In this document: positions 1 through 9,986 of the stretch, in pieces | How the letters are laid out: the number at the start of each line of letters is the position of its first letter | How positions within the stretch are numbered: position 1 is the stretch's first letter | Origin: Candidatus Gottesmanbacteria bacterium RIFCSPLOWO2_01_FULL_43_11b | GTDB lineage: Bacteria; Patescibacteriota; Microgenomatia; UBA10105; UBA927 | Length of the DNA stretch: 64,000 bases | Direction: 5' to 3' | Assembly: GCA_001780985.1 (NCBI GenBank) | Contig: MFJV01000001.1 | Location: 158,980-222,979, forward strand | The notes under the pieces: generated by a model | Told to the model about the DNA's origin: nothing | Seen by the model: the letters and a program-made list of their open reading frames with translations, nothing else | Database searches by the model: none | Translations under genes and position numbers: made by a program

Positions 1-1276
<1,276 letters not shown>

Positions 1277-1280
<4 letters not shown>

Positions 1281-1540
1281 TGCATGTTTTTTGATATTTC
1301 AGCCAGTTTACCTGCTGCCGCTTTTTGACTCGCTTTAATTGCGTCATTAAACGCTTGTTTGAGTGCTTCGTTTGCTACACCGTCAACCTCAACTGTCTTG
1401 ACGTTTTGATTTCCTGTTATAACTAATCGGACATTGCCTTGGATTACCTCAAATTCTTCCTGTTCCAGTGCAGCCTGAATTTGTGCCGCTTGCTTACGCA
1501 TCTGATTCACATCCCCTAACATCTTAAATGGATTCATCAT
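1277..1540 (-). CDS. ybaB: YbaB/EbfC nucleoid-associated protein
   Basis: 87 aa. Typical YbaB length and N-terminus (MMNPFKMLGDVNQMRKQAAQIQ...). Lies immediately downstream of dnaX, the classic arrangement. Confidence 0.8.
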
Positions 1541-1542
1541 AA

Positions 1543-2832
1543 TTAATTCCTTCCTAAGACAACCTCTACTTTTGTTTTTTCACCAAACAATTTTTTAAAC
1601 GTCGCTACCAACACTTCCTTTGTCTTTGGTTCAGATAACTTATCGAGGTGAAACTTGTAGAATGCCTCAATCGTTACTATACCATTCTTTACCTCTTTTG
1701 GTCTAGAAGATCGTAAGACGCCTGCAACAGAATGATTGTAGGACTTGAGTGAAGCAATCACATCTGTCCAATGCTCCGTGAGTTTTTCAGTTGTGAGTAA
1801 TCCTGTCTGTGAGGGTGTTGCATATGTTTGCTCTCCACAAAATTCAATGACTGCAAGTTCAAGAGGTAATTGAGGAATAGGTGAAATTCGTAGCTCCGCG
1901 TACGCTTGAGTGAAACGCTTTATTGCCTCACGGATCTCTTCGCTTTCTAAATCGTTCAGTAACTGTGTTTCAAGCTTTTGGAGAATGTCAATGAGAAACT
2001 GTTTCATATCGTGTCCGTTCACCACGAGTTGACCGATGATGGAAAGTCCTCTCTTTACATCTTTTTGCATGAGAGCGTCAATAAATTGATTAAGAATTTT
2101 TTCTTCGCTAAGAACAAGTGTCTTTCGCACGGTGTCTTCTGAAATTTTTCCCCTATGGAAACTTAACTGTTCAAGAAGTTTCGTCGCGTCACGAAATGAT
2201 CCGTCGGCAGCCTGCACAAGGAGTCCAAGTGCCTCTTTATCAATAACAATTTTTTCCTTCTTCACAATACGGACAAGCGCACTGGTCAGTTCATCTTTCC
2301 CTGCGGCAGAAAATGTTAGTCTCATACAGCGGGATTTAATTGTCACGGGAACTTTACCTGCATCAGTTGTTGCTAATACAAATACCGCATGGGGGGGAGG
2401 CTCCTCGAGAGTTTTGAGAAGAGCGTTAAATGCTTCCATCGTAAGCATGTGTACCTCATCAATAATGTAGATTTTGTAATCCCCGGAAACAGGGGTGAGT
2501 CCGATTTGCTCCCGAAGTGTTCGTATATCATCAATACCGCGGTTACTTGCAGCGTCGATTTCGAGCATGTCCATGTTGGTTCCTTTGGCAATACTTACAC
2601 ACTGTTCACATTTGCCGCACGGGCCTTCCCGTTTTGATAATTTTGTGCAATTAAATATTTTTGCAACAATTCTTGCTGCCGTGGTTTTTCCTGTTCCTTT
2701 TGGTCCGCTAAAAAGATACGCATGTGGAAGATCAGATTTGTCTTTGTGAAGAAGGGTTAAAAGCTGTTCCCTCACGGAAACATTATCAATTTCACTAATT
2801 ATTTGTGGTCTATAGATACGATAGAAAGACAT
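1543..2832 (-). CDS. dnaX: DNA polymerase III gamma/tau subunit
   Basis: Walker A GPKGTGKTT, zinc module CGKCEQC, and clamp-loader box architecture. 429 aa. Confidence 0.85.
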   Translation of the reverse strand: MSFYRIYRPQIISEIDNVSVREQLLTLLHKDKSDLPHAYLFSGPKGTGKTTAARIVAKIFNCTKLSKREGPCGKCEQCVSIAKGTNMDMLEIDAASNRGIDDIRTLREQIGLTPVSGDYKIYIIDEVHMLTMEAFNALLKTLEEPPPHAVFVLATTDAGKVPVTIKSRCMRLTFSAAGKDELTSALVRIVKKEKIVIDKEALGLLVQAADGSFRDATKLLEQLSFHRGKISEDTVRKTLVLSEEKILNQFIDALMQKDVKRGLSIIGQLVVNGHDMKQFLIDILQKLETQLLNDLESEEIREAIKRFTQAYAELRISPIPQLPLELAVIEFCGEQTYATPSQTGLLTTEKLTEHWTDVIASLKSYNHSVAGVLRSSRPKEVKNGIVTIEAFYKFHLDKLSEPKTKEVLVATFKKLFGEKTKVEVVLGRN

Positions 2833-2835
2833 AAT

Positions 2836-3231
2836 TTACTCCGGATGGTGCAGCCCGAACAAGTGATCAAGACCATGAAGAGTTAATTCAATTATCTTAT
2901 CATCTACCATTTTATTTTCATCAACAGCTTGGGAAACTGCCTGCGGGTAAGAAACAACGATATCGCCAAATCGCATCACTCCGTCAGGATTATCCACAAA
3001 AGGCATGCCTTTAATTGTTGGATCATTGAGACCGAAAGAAAGAACATCTGTTGTGTCATCCAATTGTCGATAGCGACGGTTGAGTTCACGCATCCTGCGA
3101 TCTCCGACAATGGTTACACTTACCTCCGCATCACTTTTAACTTTTTGGCTGAGTGCTTGCGAAAGAGCAGTTTTTATTTTTTTTCGGTCCACGGGAAAGT
3201 GTGATTCCGTTTGAAAAAGAATGGTAATCAT
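2836..3231 (-). CDS. ybeY: rRNA maturation endoribonuclease YbeY
   Basis: 131 aa. Metal-binding motif HGLDHLFGLHH (HxxxHxxxxxH) near the C-terminus. Confidence 0.7.
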   Translation of the reverse strand: MITILFQTESHFPVDRKKIKTALSQALSQKVKSDAEVSVTIVGDRRMRELNRRYRQLDDTTDVLSFGLNDPTIKGMPFVDNPDGVMRFGDIVVSYPQAVSQAVDENKMVDDKIIELTLHGLDHLFGLHHPE

Positions 3232-3674
3232 TTCGTCATCATTTGTTTAATGAGTCCTGATACACGCCCACCGTCCGCTTTTCCGGATACTTGTGCCATT
3301 GCTTGTTTCATGAGAATTCCGAAGTTCGTTTCACCAGAAGATACTATTGGTTCAAGGAGTTTTTTAAGTTCTTCATCACTTATCTGTTTCGGTAAGTACC
3401 CTTCGAGTATACCGAGTTCTACTTTTTCTTTATCCGCCAACTCCGTTCGTCCTGCCTTTTCAAACGCTTCAATAGATTCTTTGTGCGTCTTTACCTGTTT
3501 TTTAATGACATCCAGTACATCCGCTTCCGTCAGTTTCTTATCGGACTGATTACCGTACTTGGCAATTGCTGCGTTATTTATCGCAGAGAGAAGAAACCGG
3601 AGCGTATCACGGCCGGTTGTATTTCCGCTTTTAATTGCGGTGGTTAGTTCGGTTTTGAGCTGATCGAAAAGCAT
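3228..3674 (-). CDS. GatB/YqeY domain protein
   Basis: 148 aa. YqeY-like N-terminus (MLFDQLKTELTTAIKSGNTTGRDTLRFLLSAINNA). Confidence 0.65.
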   Translation of the reverse strand: MLFDQLKTELTTAIKSGNTTGRDTLRFLLSAINNAAIAKYGNQSDKKLTEADVLDVIKKQVKTHKESIEAFEKAGRTELADKEKVELGILEGYLPKQISDEELKKLLEPIVSSGETNFGILMKQAMAQVSGKADGGRVSGLIKQMMTK

Positions 3675-3679
3675 ATAGG

Positions 3680-3889
3680 TTAGTAATTGCGTCTTCCTGG
3701 ATGCTTCAGTCTTCGTTTGAGTTCTCTCTTTTTTTCTTTTCGGATTTCAGCAGGTTTTTGATAAAATTCTCTTTTTTTTAAATCCTGCAATACTCCTTCA
3801 GCTAAAACTTTGCGGGTAAATTTTCTGATAAGCGAATCGGAAGTATCTCCCGGTTGCGCTTTTACAAACACCATATGATTAAAATACAC
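3680..3889 (-). CDS. rpsU: 30S ribosomal protein S21
   Basis: 69 aa, basic. MVFVKAQPGDTSDSLIRKFTRKV... with a lysine/arginine-rich C-terminus. Confidence 0.8.
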   Translation of the reverse strand: MYFNHMVFVKAQPGDTSDSLIRKFTRKVLAEGVLQDLKKREFYQKPAEIRKEKKRELKRRLKHPGRRNY

Positions 3890-3895
3890 ACCTCC

Positions 3896-4216
3896 TTACA
3901 ACTTCCTCATCTTGTCAACGTTTCCGAGTATATGTATATGCATGTGATCGATAACTGCTGCGCCTTTACCGTTGTTGACTAAACGATACCCCATAATGTT
4001 CTGCTCTGCAATAACCTTTTTAATTGTTTTGACGAGATGCATCAAAATGTCCTCGTCAGCATCGGTCAATTGATCAATATGTTTTTTGGGTAAAACCAAA
4101 AAATGTACCGGTGCTTGAGGATGAATATCTGGAATTACCAAACAATTTTCATCCTCATAGATAGGTTTTGACGGAAGTTCTTTTGCAATAACTTTACAAA
4201 AAATGCAGTCGTTCAT
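3896..4216 (-). CDS. HIT-family (histidine triad) nucleotide hydrolase
   Basis: Histidine triad HMHIHILG. 106 aa. Confidence 0.75.
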   Translation of the reverse strand: MNDCIFCKVIAKELPSKPIYEDENCLVIPDIHPQAPVHFLVLPKKHIDQLTDADEDILMHLVKTIKKVIAEQNIMGYRLVNNGKGAAVIDHMHIHILGNVDKMRKL

Positions 4217-5040
4217 ATTTTTTCTATCGCCTCAATAATTTCCAGTAATGGTCTTTTACTTGGTCGCATGTCAGGATTTTTACTGCTTCCGTTTAATACC
4301 ATATGGCGACTAGCGTGAAGAAACCAAGTCGCCTCGGGTTCATCTTTTTTTAATGTATCATAAAGGTTGGTGAGATCAATCTCCTCTTTGGGCAATGATT
4401 TAATACGTAAATATCCTTTCTTCGGATCTTTACGAACGACAATGACGTACCCCATTTTTTGTGCAAGGTGCACTGCTTCATCATTGATCGTTTCCAATCC
4501 AAGGCCTTTCCCCCATTTTGTCGTAAATTCCTGACCTTTTTCTTTAATATCTTTCTCAGCCCACACTTTGTTTTGAAATAATTTATAGATTCCGTCAAGC
4601 GCTTTCATTCCAAGTTCTACGATTTGAATAGGATTATCCGCATAGAGAAGTCGCCAACCGTCGATCTGTGATACTAACCCCATGTTCCAAAAGTCAGCGG
4701 TCGGATTTGGGAAAAAAACTTCACGAAAATGGTCTATTTCATTAACCACTGCGCAAAGCCTTTCAAGTGCAGGGTCTGCACCGTGTTCCCGTTTGACCTC
4801 TTGATATATAAGAAGTGCTGCACAGGTATCCGCATCAGTCTGGTGATGGTCAAATTTTCCAAATGCCGTGTCAACGTGCAAAATATTTGGGTCACTGTCA
4901 GGATCTTTATTTTCTAATGATTTCCCTGCAGGAACAAATGCAAGACTCGCTTCCTCCCATCCTGGCAAGAAGGTCTTAACAAGCCAAATCGATGTTATAG
5001 CATCCAAATCCGGCCCAATATGCGCTACGATCGTCTTCAT
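4213..5040 (-). CDS. DHH-family phosphoesterase-like protein (NrnA-like N-domain; no obvious DHHA1 GGGH motif)
   Basis: Motif I HIGPDLDAITS (compare NrnA HxxPDxDAxGS). DHH motif KFDHHQT. Confidence 0.5.
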   Translation of the reverse strand: MKTIVAHIGPDLDAITSIWLVKTFLPGWEEASLAFVPAGKSLENKDPDSDPNILHVDTAFGKFDHHQTDADTCAALLIYQEVKREHGADPALERLCAVVNEIDHFREVFFPNPTADFWNMGLVSQIDGWRLLYADNPIQIVELGMKALDGIYKLFQNKVWAEKDIKEKGQEFTTKWGKGLGLETINDEAVHLAQKMGYVIVVRKDPKKGYLRIKSLPKEEIDLTNLYDTLKKDEPEATWFLHASRHMVLNGSSKNPDMRPSKRPLLEIIEAIEKI

Positions 5041-5082
5041 CGACTAAGTATACTGTTTTGGAGATTTGAGAACAAGTGGTTT

Positions 5083-5562
5083 CTATAACAGATCTATAGC
5101 CTTTTTAAGACCATTCCTTAAATCTACAAGCATAAGGGTCACCTCATAATTATGGACCCAGTTATTAGACAAATTCCGTACCTGGTTTTGGTACACTCTC
5201 TCAGACTCTGGAGATTCATCCACACGGAGTATTCGTTCTAGGGCATTGACAAAATCTTCCTTTTTCATTTTATGTTTTGGATGAAGTTTAATTCCAAAAG
5301 TCTCTATGTCTTCCCGATTTATTTCTTTTTGAGGGCTCACCGGCGGTTTGGTAAAAAATTCAGCCTCACATTCATTGCCACTTAGTAAATTCGACATTGC
5401 CTGTGCAAAGATCTTTACTGACTCAATACGGCGTAATTTTCCATTACCCATTTCGGGAAAGTATTTAAGTACTGTAACAGGATTTGGTTTTCCCGAAATT
5501 GCCTCCCGTGCTATTTGCCATAAACTACTCAAACCACCTTCGTTTCCTGGTAAGCGTGCCAT
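5083..5562 (-). CDS. hypothetical protein
   Basis: 159-aa ORF with protein-like composition. No recognisable motif. Preceded by an operator-like palindrome at 5658-5679. Confidence 0.4.
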   Translation of the reverse strand: MARLPGNEGGLSSLWQIAREAISGKPNPVTVLKYFPEMGNGKLRRIESVKIFAQAMSNLLSGNECEAEFFTKPPVSPQKEINREDIETFGIKLHPKHKMKKEDFVNALERILRVDESPESERVYQNQVRNLSNNWVHNYEVTLMLVDLRNGLKKAIDLL

Positions 5563-5657
5563 ATGAGGCGGATTCTAGTACTCCACGTTCTCTCTGTCAA
5601 ATTTAGTACGCTTGAGCAAAAAGGAAATCGGTGAAAAACGCTTCTACCGTAACGAGC

Positions 5658-5679
5658 TTCGATCTATCGATAAATCGAA
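5658..5679. promoter_or_regulatory. palindromic operator-like site TTCGATCTATCGATAAATCGAA + GTATTTTAT (copy B)
   Basis: Near-perfect 22-bp palindrome, 6 nt downstream of the TrpR-like gene's stop and ~100 nt upstream of gene 5083-5562. Confidence 0.45.
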
Positions 5680-5684
5680 GTATT

Positions 5685-6065
5685 TTATTTTCGTAATTTG
5701 CTAATTTTATCAAGTGCTCTATTAACCTTATCCCAAAACACTTCCATCTTTTCCTCATGTATCAACTTTTCTAGAATCCGCTTTACGCCCTCCCCTCCTT
5801 TATCCAACCAATTTCCTACTCTGTTAATCGTTGAAGTGCTCACATGAAGTATAAAGTGTATATCTTCATAGCTGTATTCTTTTTGTATCATAAGAGCAAT
5901 CGCTAATCTTTTTGCCAACATGACTCGTTCTGTTTTCGTAAAAAAATCGTAGAAAAAATCCTTCGCTTCTGATTGAGATCGAATTGCACCTAACACCCAC
6001 AAAAAATCATCTCGAATTGAGTAATAGACATCTTTATGAATCGGATTACGAGAAATTTGTGTCAT
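5685..6065 (-). CDS. TrpR-like YerC/YecD family DNA-binding protein
   Basis: 126 aa. Sequence character typical of YerC/YecD Trp-repressor-like proteins, with a helix-turn-helix. The gene is flanked by two copies of a palindromic site. Confidence 0.6.
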   Translation of the reverse strand: MTQISRNPIHKDVYYSIRDDFLWVLGAIRSQSEAKDFFYDFFTKTERVMLAKRLAIALMIQKEYSYEDIHFILHVSTSTINRVGNWLDKGGEGVKRILEKLIHEEKMEVFWDKVNRALDKISKLRK

Positions 6066-6075
6066 TGCGTTCTAC

Positions 6076-6097
6076 TTTCATCTATCGATAGATGAAA
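6076..6097. promoter_or_regulatory. palindromic operator-like site TTTCATCTATCGATAGATGAAA + GTATTTTAT (copy A)
   Basis: Perfect 22-bp palindrome 11 nt upstream of the TrpR-like gene's start, overlapping a TTGACT/TATAAAAT promoter-like region. Confidence 0.5.
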
Positions 6098-6124
6098 GTA
6101 TTTTATAAGGAAAGTCAACGACTA

Positions 6125-7594
6125 TCAATACGCTTGGGCGAAAAGCCAGCGGTGGGTAGCGGGTTTGCCGCAGTGAACACACGTTCCCTTTTCTTCTTTC
6201 GGCACCTGCCTGCCGGCAGGCAGGTCTAAGGGTAAACAACGGTTTGAAGCTTTGGTTTCTGCTTTAATTTTTGTTTCGCACGAGGCATCCTCACACCAAA
6301 ATGCGGAAATAAATCCCCGCTCCCCCGCCATAATCTTTTTAAAATGATCATACGATTCTACCGTATGTGTATGATCCAGAGTAAATTTCTTGTGAGTTTC
6401 CAATAAATTTTGTTGTATCGTCTCTAACATGCCAGAAATTTCATCGATACTAACTTTCTTTTTTTGCATTGTATCGCGAGCAACAGCAGTAACTATTCCT
6501 TCTTCCGCTTCCTTATCACCAATCTCAAGTCGGATCGGCACACCCCGGACCTCCCATTTATTAAATTTAAAGCCTGCACTTTCCCCATCTTTATCATCGC
6601 ATTTGACGCGAATCCCTATTTTTTTCAGCGCCTCTCTTTGTGCTATTGCATATTTTATGGTTTTAGGGCTCGATCCAGGAATAGGAATAAGGATCACCTG
6701 AATAGGTGCGATATTTGGAGGCATAATGAGCCCTTGATCGTCTCCGTGCGCCATGATGAGCCCGCCGATACTTCTTGTGGAGAATCCCCAACTGTTTTGC
6801 CACGGATAGAGCGGCTGTCCTTTTTCATCCTGCACAGTCCAATGAAATGCTTTTGCAAAATTTTGACCTAAATCGTGTGACGTACAACCTTGAAGCGCCT
6901 TACCATCCGGCATCAACATTTCAAAGGTATACGTTTTCTTAGCACCGGCAAATTTTTCCGATTCGCTCTTAACACCTGCAACACCGTAGAGAGCGAGAAG
7001 ATTCTGGTACGTCTCTTTGTACATATCGAGTGCCCAACGAACCTCGGAAACCGACTCTTTGTGAGTATTATGAGCGCAGTGTCCTTCCTGCCACAGAAAT
7101 TCACTCGTTCGTAAAAAGAGATACGTTCGCTTCTCCCATCGAACAATGTTATTCCATTGATTGATGCGGATTGGCAAATCTCTGTAGCTTTGAGTCCAAC
7201 GTTTGTACATTTCATACATAATCGTTTCACTGGTCGGCCGCACCACTAAGCGTTCTTTGAGTTCTTCTCCGCCAGCAAAAGTCACCACAGCCATATGAGG
7301 AGCAAATCCCTCTACGTGTTCTTTTTCAAGATTAAGGAATTTTTCCGGTATAAAGAGAGGAAAATACGCATTCTCCACTTTATGAGCTTTAATAAGTGGA
7401 TCCATGTAGTGTTGAATTCCTTCCCATAGCGCGAATCCATACGGACGAATAACCATACACCCCTTTATCGGCGCGTAATCGGCAAGTTGGGCTTTCAAAA
7501 TAACGTCTGTATACCAATCCGATAGATTGTCGCTTTTTTTCTTGAGCTCTTTCTTTTCAAATTGCTTTTGCATATTAGTAAAGTTTTCCTCCAA
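6125..7594 (-). CDS. proS: prolyl-tRNA synthetase, archaeal/eukaryotic type
   Basis: 489 aa. Class II aaRS core. C-terminal zinc module CVHCGKPATHRWLFAQAY ending in Tyr. Contains an in-frame copy of the 20-bp palindrome, encoded as DLPAGRQV. Confidence 0.9.
   Translation of the reverse strand: MEENFTNMQKQFEKKELKKKSDNLSDWYTDVILKAQLADYAPIKGCMVIRPYGFALWEGIQHYMDPLIKAHKVENAYFPLFIPEKFLNLEKEHVEGFAPHMAVVTFAGGEELKERLVVRPTSETIMYEMYKRWTQSYRDLPIRINQWNNIVRWEKRTYLFLRTSEFLWQEGHCAHNTHKESVSEVRWALDMYKETYQNLLALYGVAGVKSESEKFAGAKKTYTFEMLMPDGKALQGCTSHDLGQNFAKAFHWTVQDEKGQPLYPWQNSWGFSTRSIGGLIMAHGDDQGLIMPPNIAPIQVILIPIPGSSPKTIKYAIAQREALKKIGIRVKCDDKDGESAGFKFNKWEVRGVPIRLEIGDKEAEEGIVTAVARDTMQKKKVSIDEISGMLETIQQNLLETHKKFTLDHTHTVESYDHFKKIMAGERGFISAFWCEDASCETKIKAETKASNRCLPLDLPAGRQVPKEEKGTCVHCGKPATHRWLFAQAY
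6205..6224. repeat. 20-bp perfect palindrome CCTGCCTGCCGGCAGGCAGG (copy 1 of 3), in-frame in proS
   Basis: Exact self-complementary 20-mer. Flanks a/t extend it to 22 bp here. Confidence 0.9.
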
Positions 7595-7910
7595 TCATTG
7601 CATCATCTTTATCGGGAACAATCAAGATGCACTCGCCATCTTCGTCCGGTACACCCAGTGTCAGGCACTCCGAAAGAAACGGTCCGATTTGGCGTGGTGG
7701 GAAATTTACGACGCCCAATACTTTTTTCCCAACTAATTCATCTTTTTTATAATGTTTGACTATTTGGACGCTCGATCGTTTCTGCCCAATCTCCGGGCCA
7801 AAATCAATCGTGAGCTTATACGCAGGCTTACGCGCCTCTGGAAAATCTTCGACTGCAATAATTTTTCCTACCCGAATATCTAATTTTGCAAAATCATCAT
7901 ATGTTGCCAT
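7575..7910 (-). CDS. csaA: tRNA-binding domain protein (CsaA / EMAP-II-like)
   Basis: 111 aa. MATYDDFAKLDIRVGKIIAVEDFPEARKPAYKLTIDFG is a tRNA-binding OB fold. Confidence 0.75.
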   Translation of the reverse strand: MATYDDFAKLDIRVGKIIAVEDFPEARKPAYKLTIDFGPEIGQKRSSVQIVKHYKKDELVGKKVLGVVNFPPRQIGPFLSECLTLGVPDEDGECILIVPDKDDAMIGGKLY

Positions 7911-7929
7911 AATTGTCAGCTCCTTTCCA

Positions 7930-7965
7930 CAAAAAAACCGTTCTCCTTCATAAGGGTGAACGGTT
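7930..7965 (-). terminator. rho-independent terminator-like hairpin
   Basis: On the minus strand, AACCGTTC-(loop)-GAACGGTT followed by TTTTTTT. Lies between the 8114-8842 gene (plus a 150-nt structured spacer) and csaA. Confidence 0.45.
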
Positions 7966-8113
7966 CGTCCACGGTACCACCTTATTTGATTCTTAATTCA
8001 AGCTATCACGGGCATTCCCGTTTCTGTTCTTAGCAGAACCGCTTGTCCCGTTCGGAGCGGGACTCAAACGCGTTTCAATACTCCATGTAGTCTACCTTGA
8101 TCTGTTGTCCTTG

Positions 8114-8842
8114 TCAATTATCATTACCCTGTCCCTGGCCTTGTCCCTGGCCTTGCCCTTGTCCCTGGCCTTGTGATCCCATGCCTTGAGGATTATTATC
8201 ATTGCTATCATTTTCTTCTTCCAAATCCTCATCGTCGGTCTCCGTAATTTTTTCGAGTTCTTCAATTGTTTCTTCAATCGTTTCCTGGGTATCGGAAATT
8301 TCTTCCTGAATCGTGTCTTCTGTTTCGGGCTCTTGAATTATCGATTGCGTGGATGTTGGCGTAGGTGTCGACACAACGATTTGTGGGGTAAAAAAGGGTG
8401 TGGGCGTGGGGATGGGTGTTGGCATTTGTTGGGGTCTACTGGTTATTTCAGTTCTTTGTTGCTCGAGTTCTTGGGCAACTGTCTTGAGTGTTACCAGATA
8501 GGTTTGCGCAAGCTGTTTTTTCGCAGTTCTATTTGGCGCTCTGTCAATAACAGCTTTGGTTACCGCAACTTGCTTCTCTAAGTACGGCAATCCTTCAATG
8601 GATTGTTTATCCGATAGCAATCGTTTAACCTCCCCAAATCGCCGCTCTGTATACTTCACGTTAAGCGCACCGCTTGCCGCATAGGAAGGTTTTGCTAAAA
8701 ATAACAGTGTCGATTCAAGGGCAAGTTTCGTTGGATACAAGACATTCCCTGGAAGAGCATTCCAGGAAGCAACGATAAGAACACTTGGGACGGCAAAGAG
8801 GAGTAAAAATCCCCACGTAAAATAATCCAAGATTTTCCGCAT
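8114..8842 (-). CDS. hypothetical membrane-anchored protein with a Pro/Thr-rich linker, an acidic segment and a C-terminal (GQ)n repeat
   Basis: N-terminal transmembrane segment. PTPIPTPTP linker. EE/DD-rich block. Ends in GQGQGQGQGQGQGQGNDN, encoded by the imperfect 6/12-nt repeat at 8127-8174. Confidence 0.5.
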   Translation of the reverse strand: MRKILDYFTWGFLLLFAVPSVLIVASWNALPGNVLYPTKLALESTLLFLAKPSYAASGALNVKYTERRFGEVKRLLSDKQSIEGLPYLEKQVAVTKAVIDRAPNRTAKKQLAQTYLVTLKTVAQELEQQRTEITSRPQQMPTPIPTPTPFFTPQIVVSTPTPTSTQSIIQEPETEDTIQEEISDTQETIEETIEELEKITETDDEDLEEENDSNDNNPQGMGSQGQGQGQGQGQGQGQGNDN

Positions 8843-8843
8843 A

Positions 8844-9899
8844 TCAGCCTCGCACTAATCTAAGAATATCATTAATGGAAATCAGGAGAATGAGCGCAAA
8901 CAGAATGACCATGCCGATTTGGTGCGTGGATTTTTCAAACGCGGGTTTAATGCGCCTTCCCAGTATTTTTTCCAAAAACACAAAAGCAAGTCTTCCTCCG
9001 TCAAGGGCAGGAATAGGCAAAACATTGAGAACGGCAAGATTAAGAGAAAGAATGCTCATAAACTCAAGGACAGCTAACAAACCAAATTGGACTGCTTGAC
9101 CTGTTACCTGCGCGATACCAATTGGTCCGGCAACATCTGCTTGCAGTGGCTGCAATGTAATCAGTCTCCAAAATAGAATACCCAGGGAACCAAGCATGTC
9201 CCGACCCCGTAGAAGATTAATTTCTAATGATTTAATAGGTGCAATGGAAATTGGATAAGTCTTTTTTTCGAGGTCTGATATAGCAACCCCCATCGGTCCC
9301 TGACCTTGCGGATATTCTTTTCGAGGGGTCACCGATACTTGAAATTCTCTATTTTCGCGGATAACTGTTAGGGTAACTGCCTGCCCTGCAAGTGACTTTG
9401 TTGCATCAATGAGATCGCTTGGTTTTGTAATTTCTTTATCATCGAGTTTTGCTATCACGTCATTTTCCATAAGTCCCGCAGCCGCTGCCGGTGTTTCCTC
9501 CAACACCCGCTCTATGTGCACTCTTCCCGAAGGCTCCATCACTCCCTGCGTTAAAAGATATGACGTAATTCCAACTGCAAGGAAAAAGTTCATTGCAACA
9601 CCTGCAAGAAGTATCGCTGCCCGCTGTTTTTTGGTCTTTTGCCAAAAAAGAACTTTACCTTTTTGCTGGCCTTTCTCTTCGTCATCTTCTCCCGCAAGTT
9701 TGACAAATCCACCGATCGGAAGCCAGTTAACCGAATACATTGTTCCTCTTACTTTCTTTCCAAAAATCCGCGGCGGGAGTCCCAATCCGAATTCTTCAAC
9801 ATCCACTCCAAAAAAACGTGCAACGAGAAAATGCCCCAGTTCGTGGACAAGGACAAGAATGCTTAAGATGACAAAAAATGTTACGGCAGTGAGGATCAT
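8844..9899 (-). CDS. rseP: RIP (site-2) metalloprotease RseP
   Basis: HELGHF zinc motif in transmembrane segment 1. A PDZ segment. LDGG motif (NVLPIPALDGG). Confidence 0.85.
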   Translation of the reverse strand: MILTAVTFFVILSILVLVHELGHFLVARFFGVDVEEFGLGLPPRIFGKKVRGTMYSVNWLPIGGFVKLAGEDDEEKGQQKGKVLFWQKTKKQRAAILLAGVAMNFFLAVGITSYLLTQGVMEPSGRVHIERVLEETPAAAAGLMENDVIAKLDDKEITKPSDLIDATKSLAGQAVTLTVIRENREFQVSVTPRKEYPQGQGPMGVAISDLEKKTYPISIAPIKSLEINLLRGRDMLGSLGILFWRLITLQPLQADVAGPIGIAQVTGQAVQFGLLAVLEFMSILSLNLAVLNVLPIPALDGGRLAFVFLEKILGRRIKPAFEKSTHQIGMVILFALILLISINDILRLVRG

Positions 9900-9902
9900 A
9901 CT

Positions 9903-9985
9903 TTTGTATTGTCATCCCGGGCTCGACCCGGGATCCCTCTTTTTCAAATACTGGATTCCGGCTCAGGGGCCGGAATGACAAGAAT
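9903..9985. repeat. two tandem GC-rich 8-bp-stem hairpins in the rseP-frr spacer
   Basis: ATCCCGGG-ctcga-CCCGGGAT and ATTCCGGC-tcaggg-GCCGGAAT, bracketed by TGTCAT...ATGACA. Confidence 0.4.
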
Positions 9986-9986
9986 A

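Noticed and set aside
8127-8174. Imperfect 6/12-nt CCTTGTCCCTGG repeats as a CRISPR or mobile repeat
   Set aside because: They are in-frame coding repeats producing the (GQ)n tail of protein 8114-8842. They have no spacers and no dyad symmetry.
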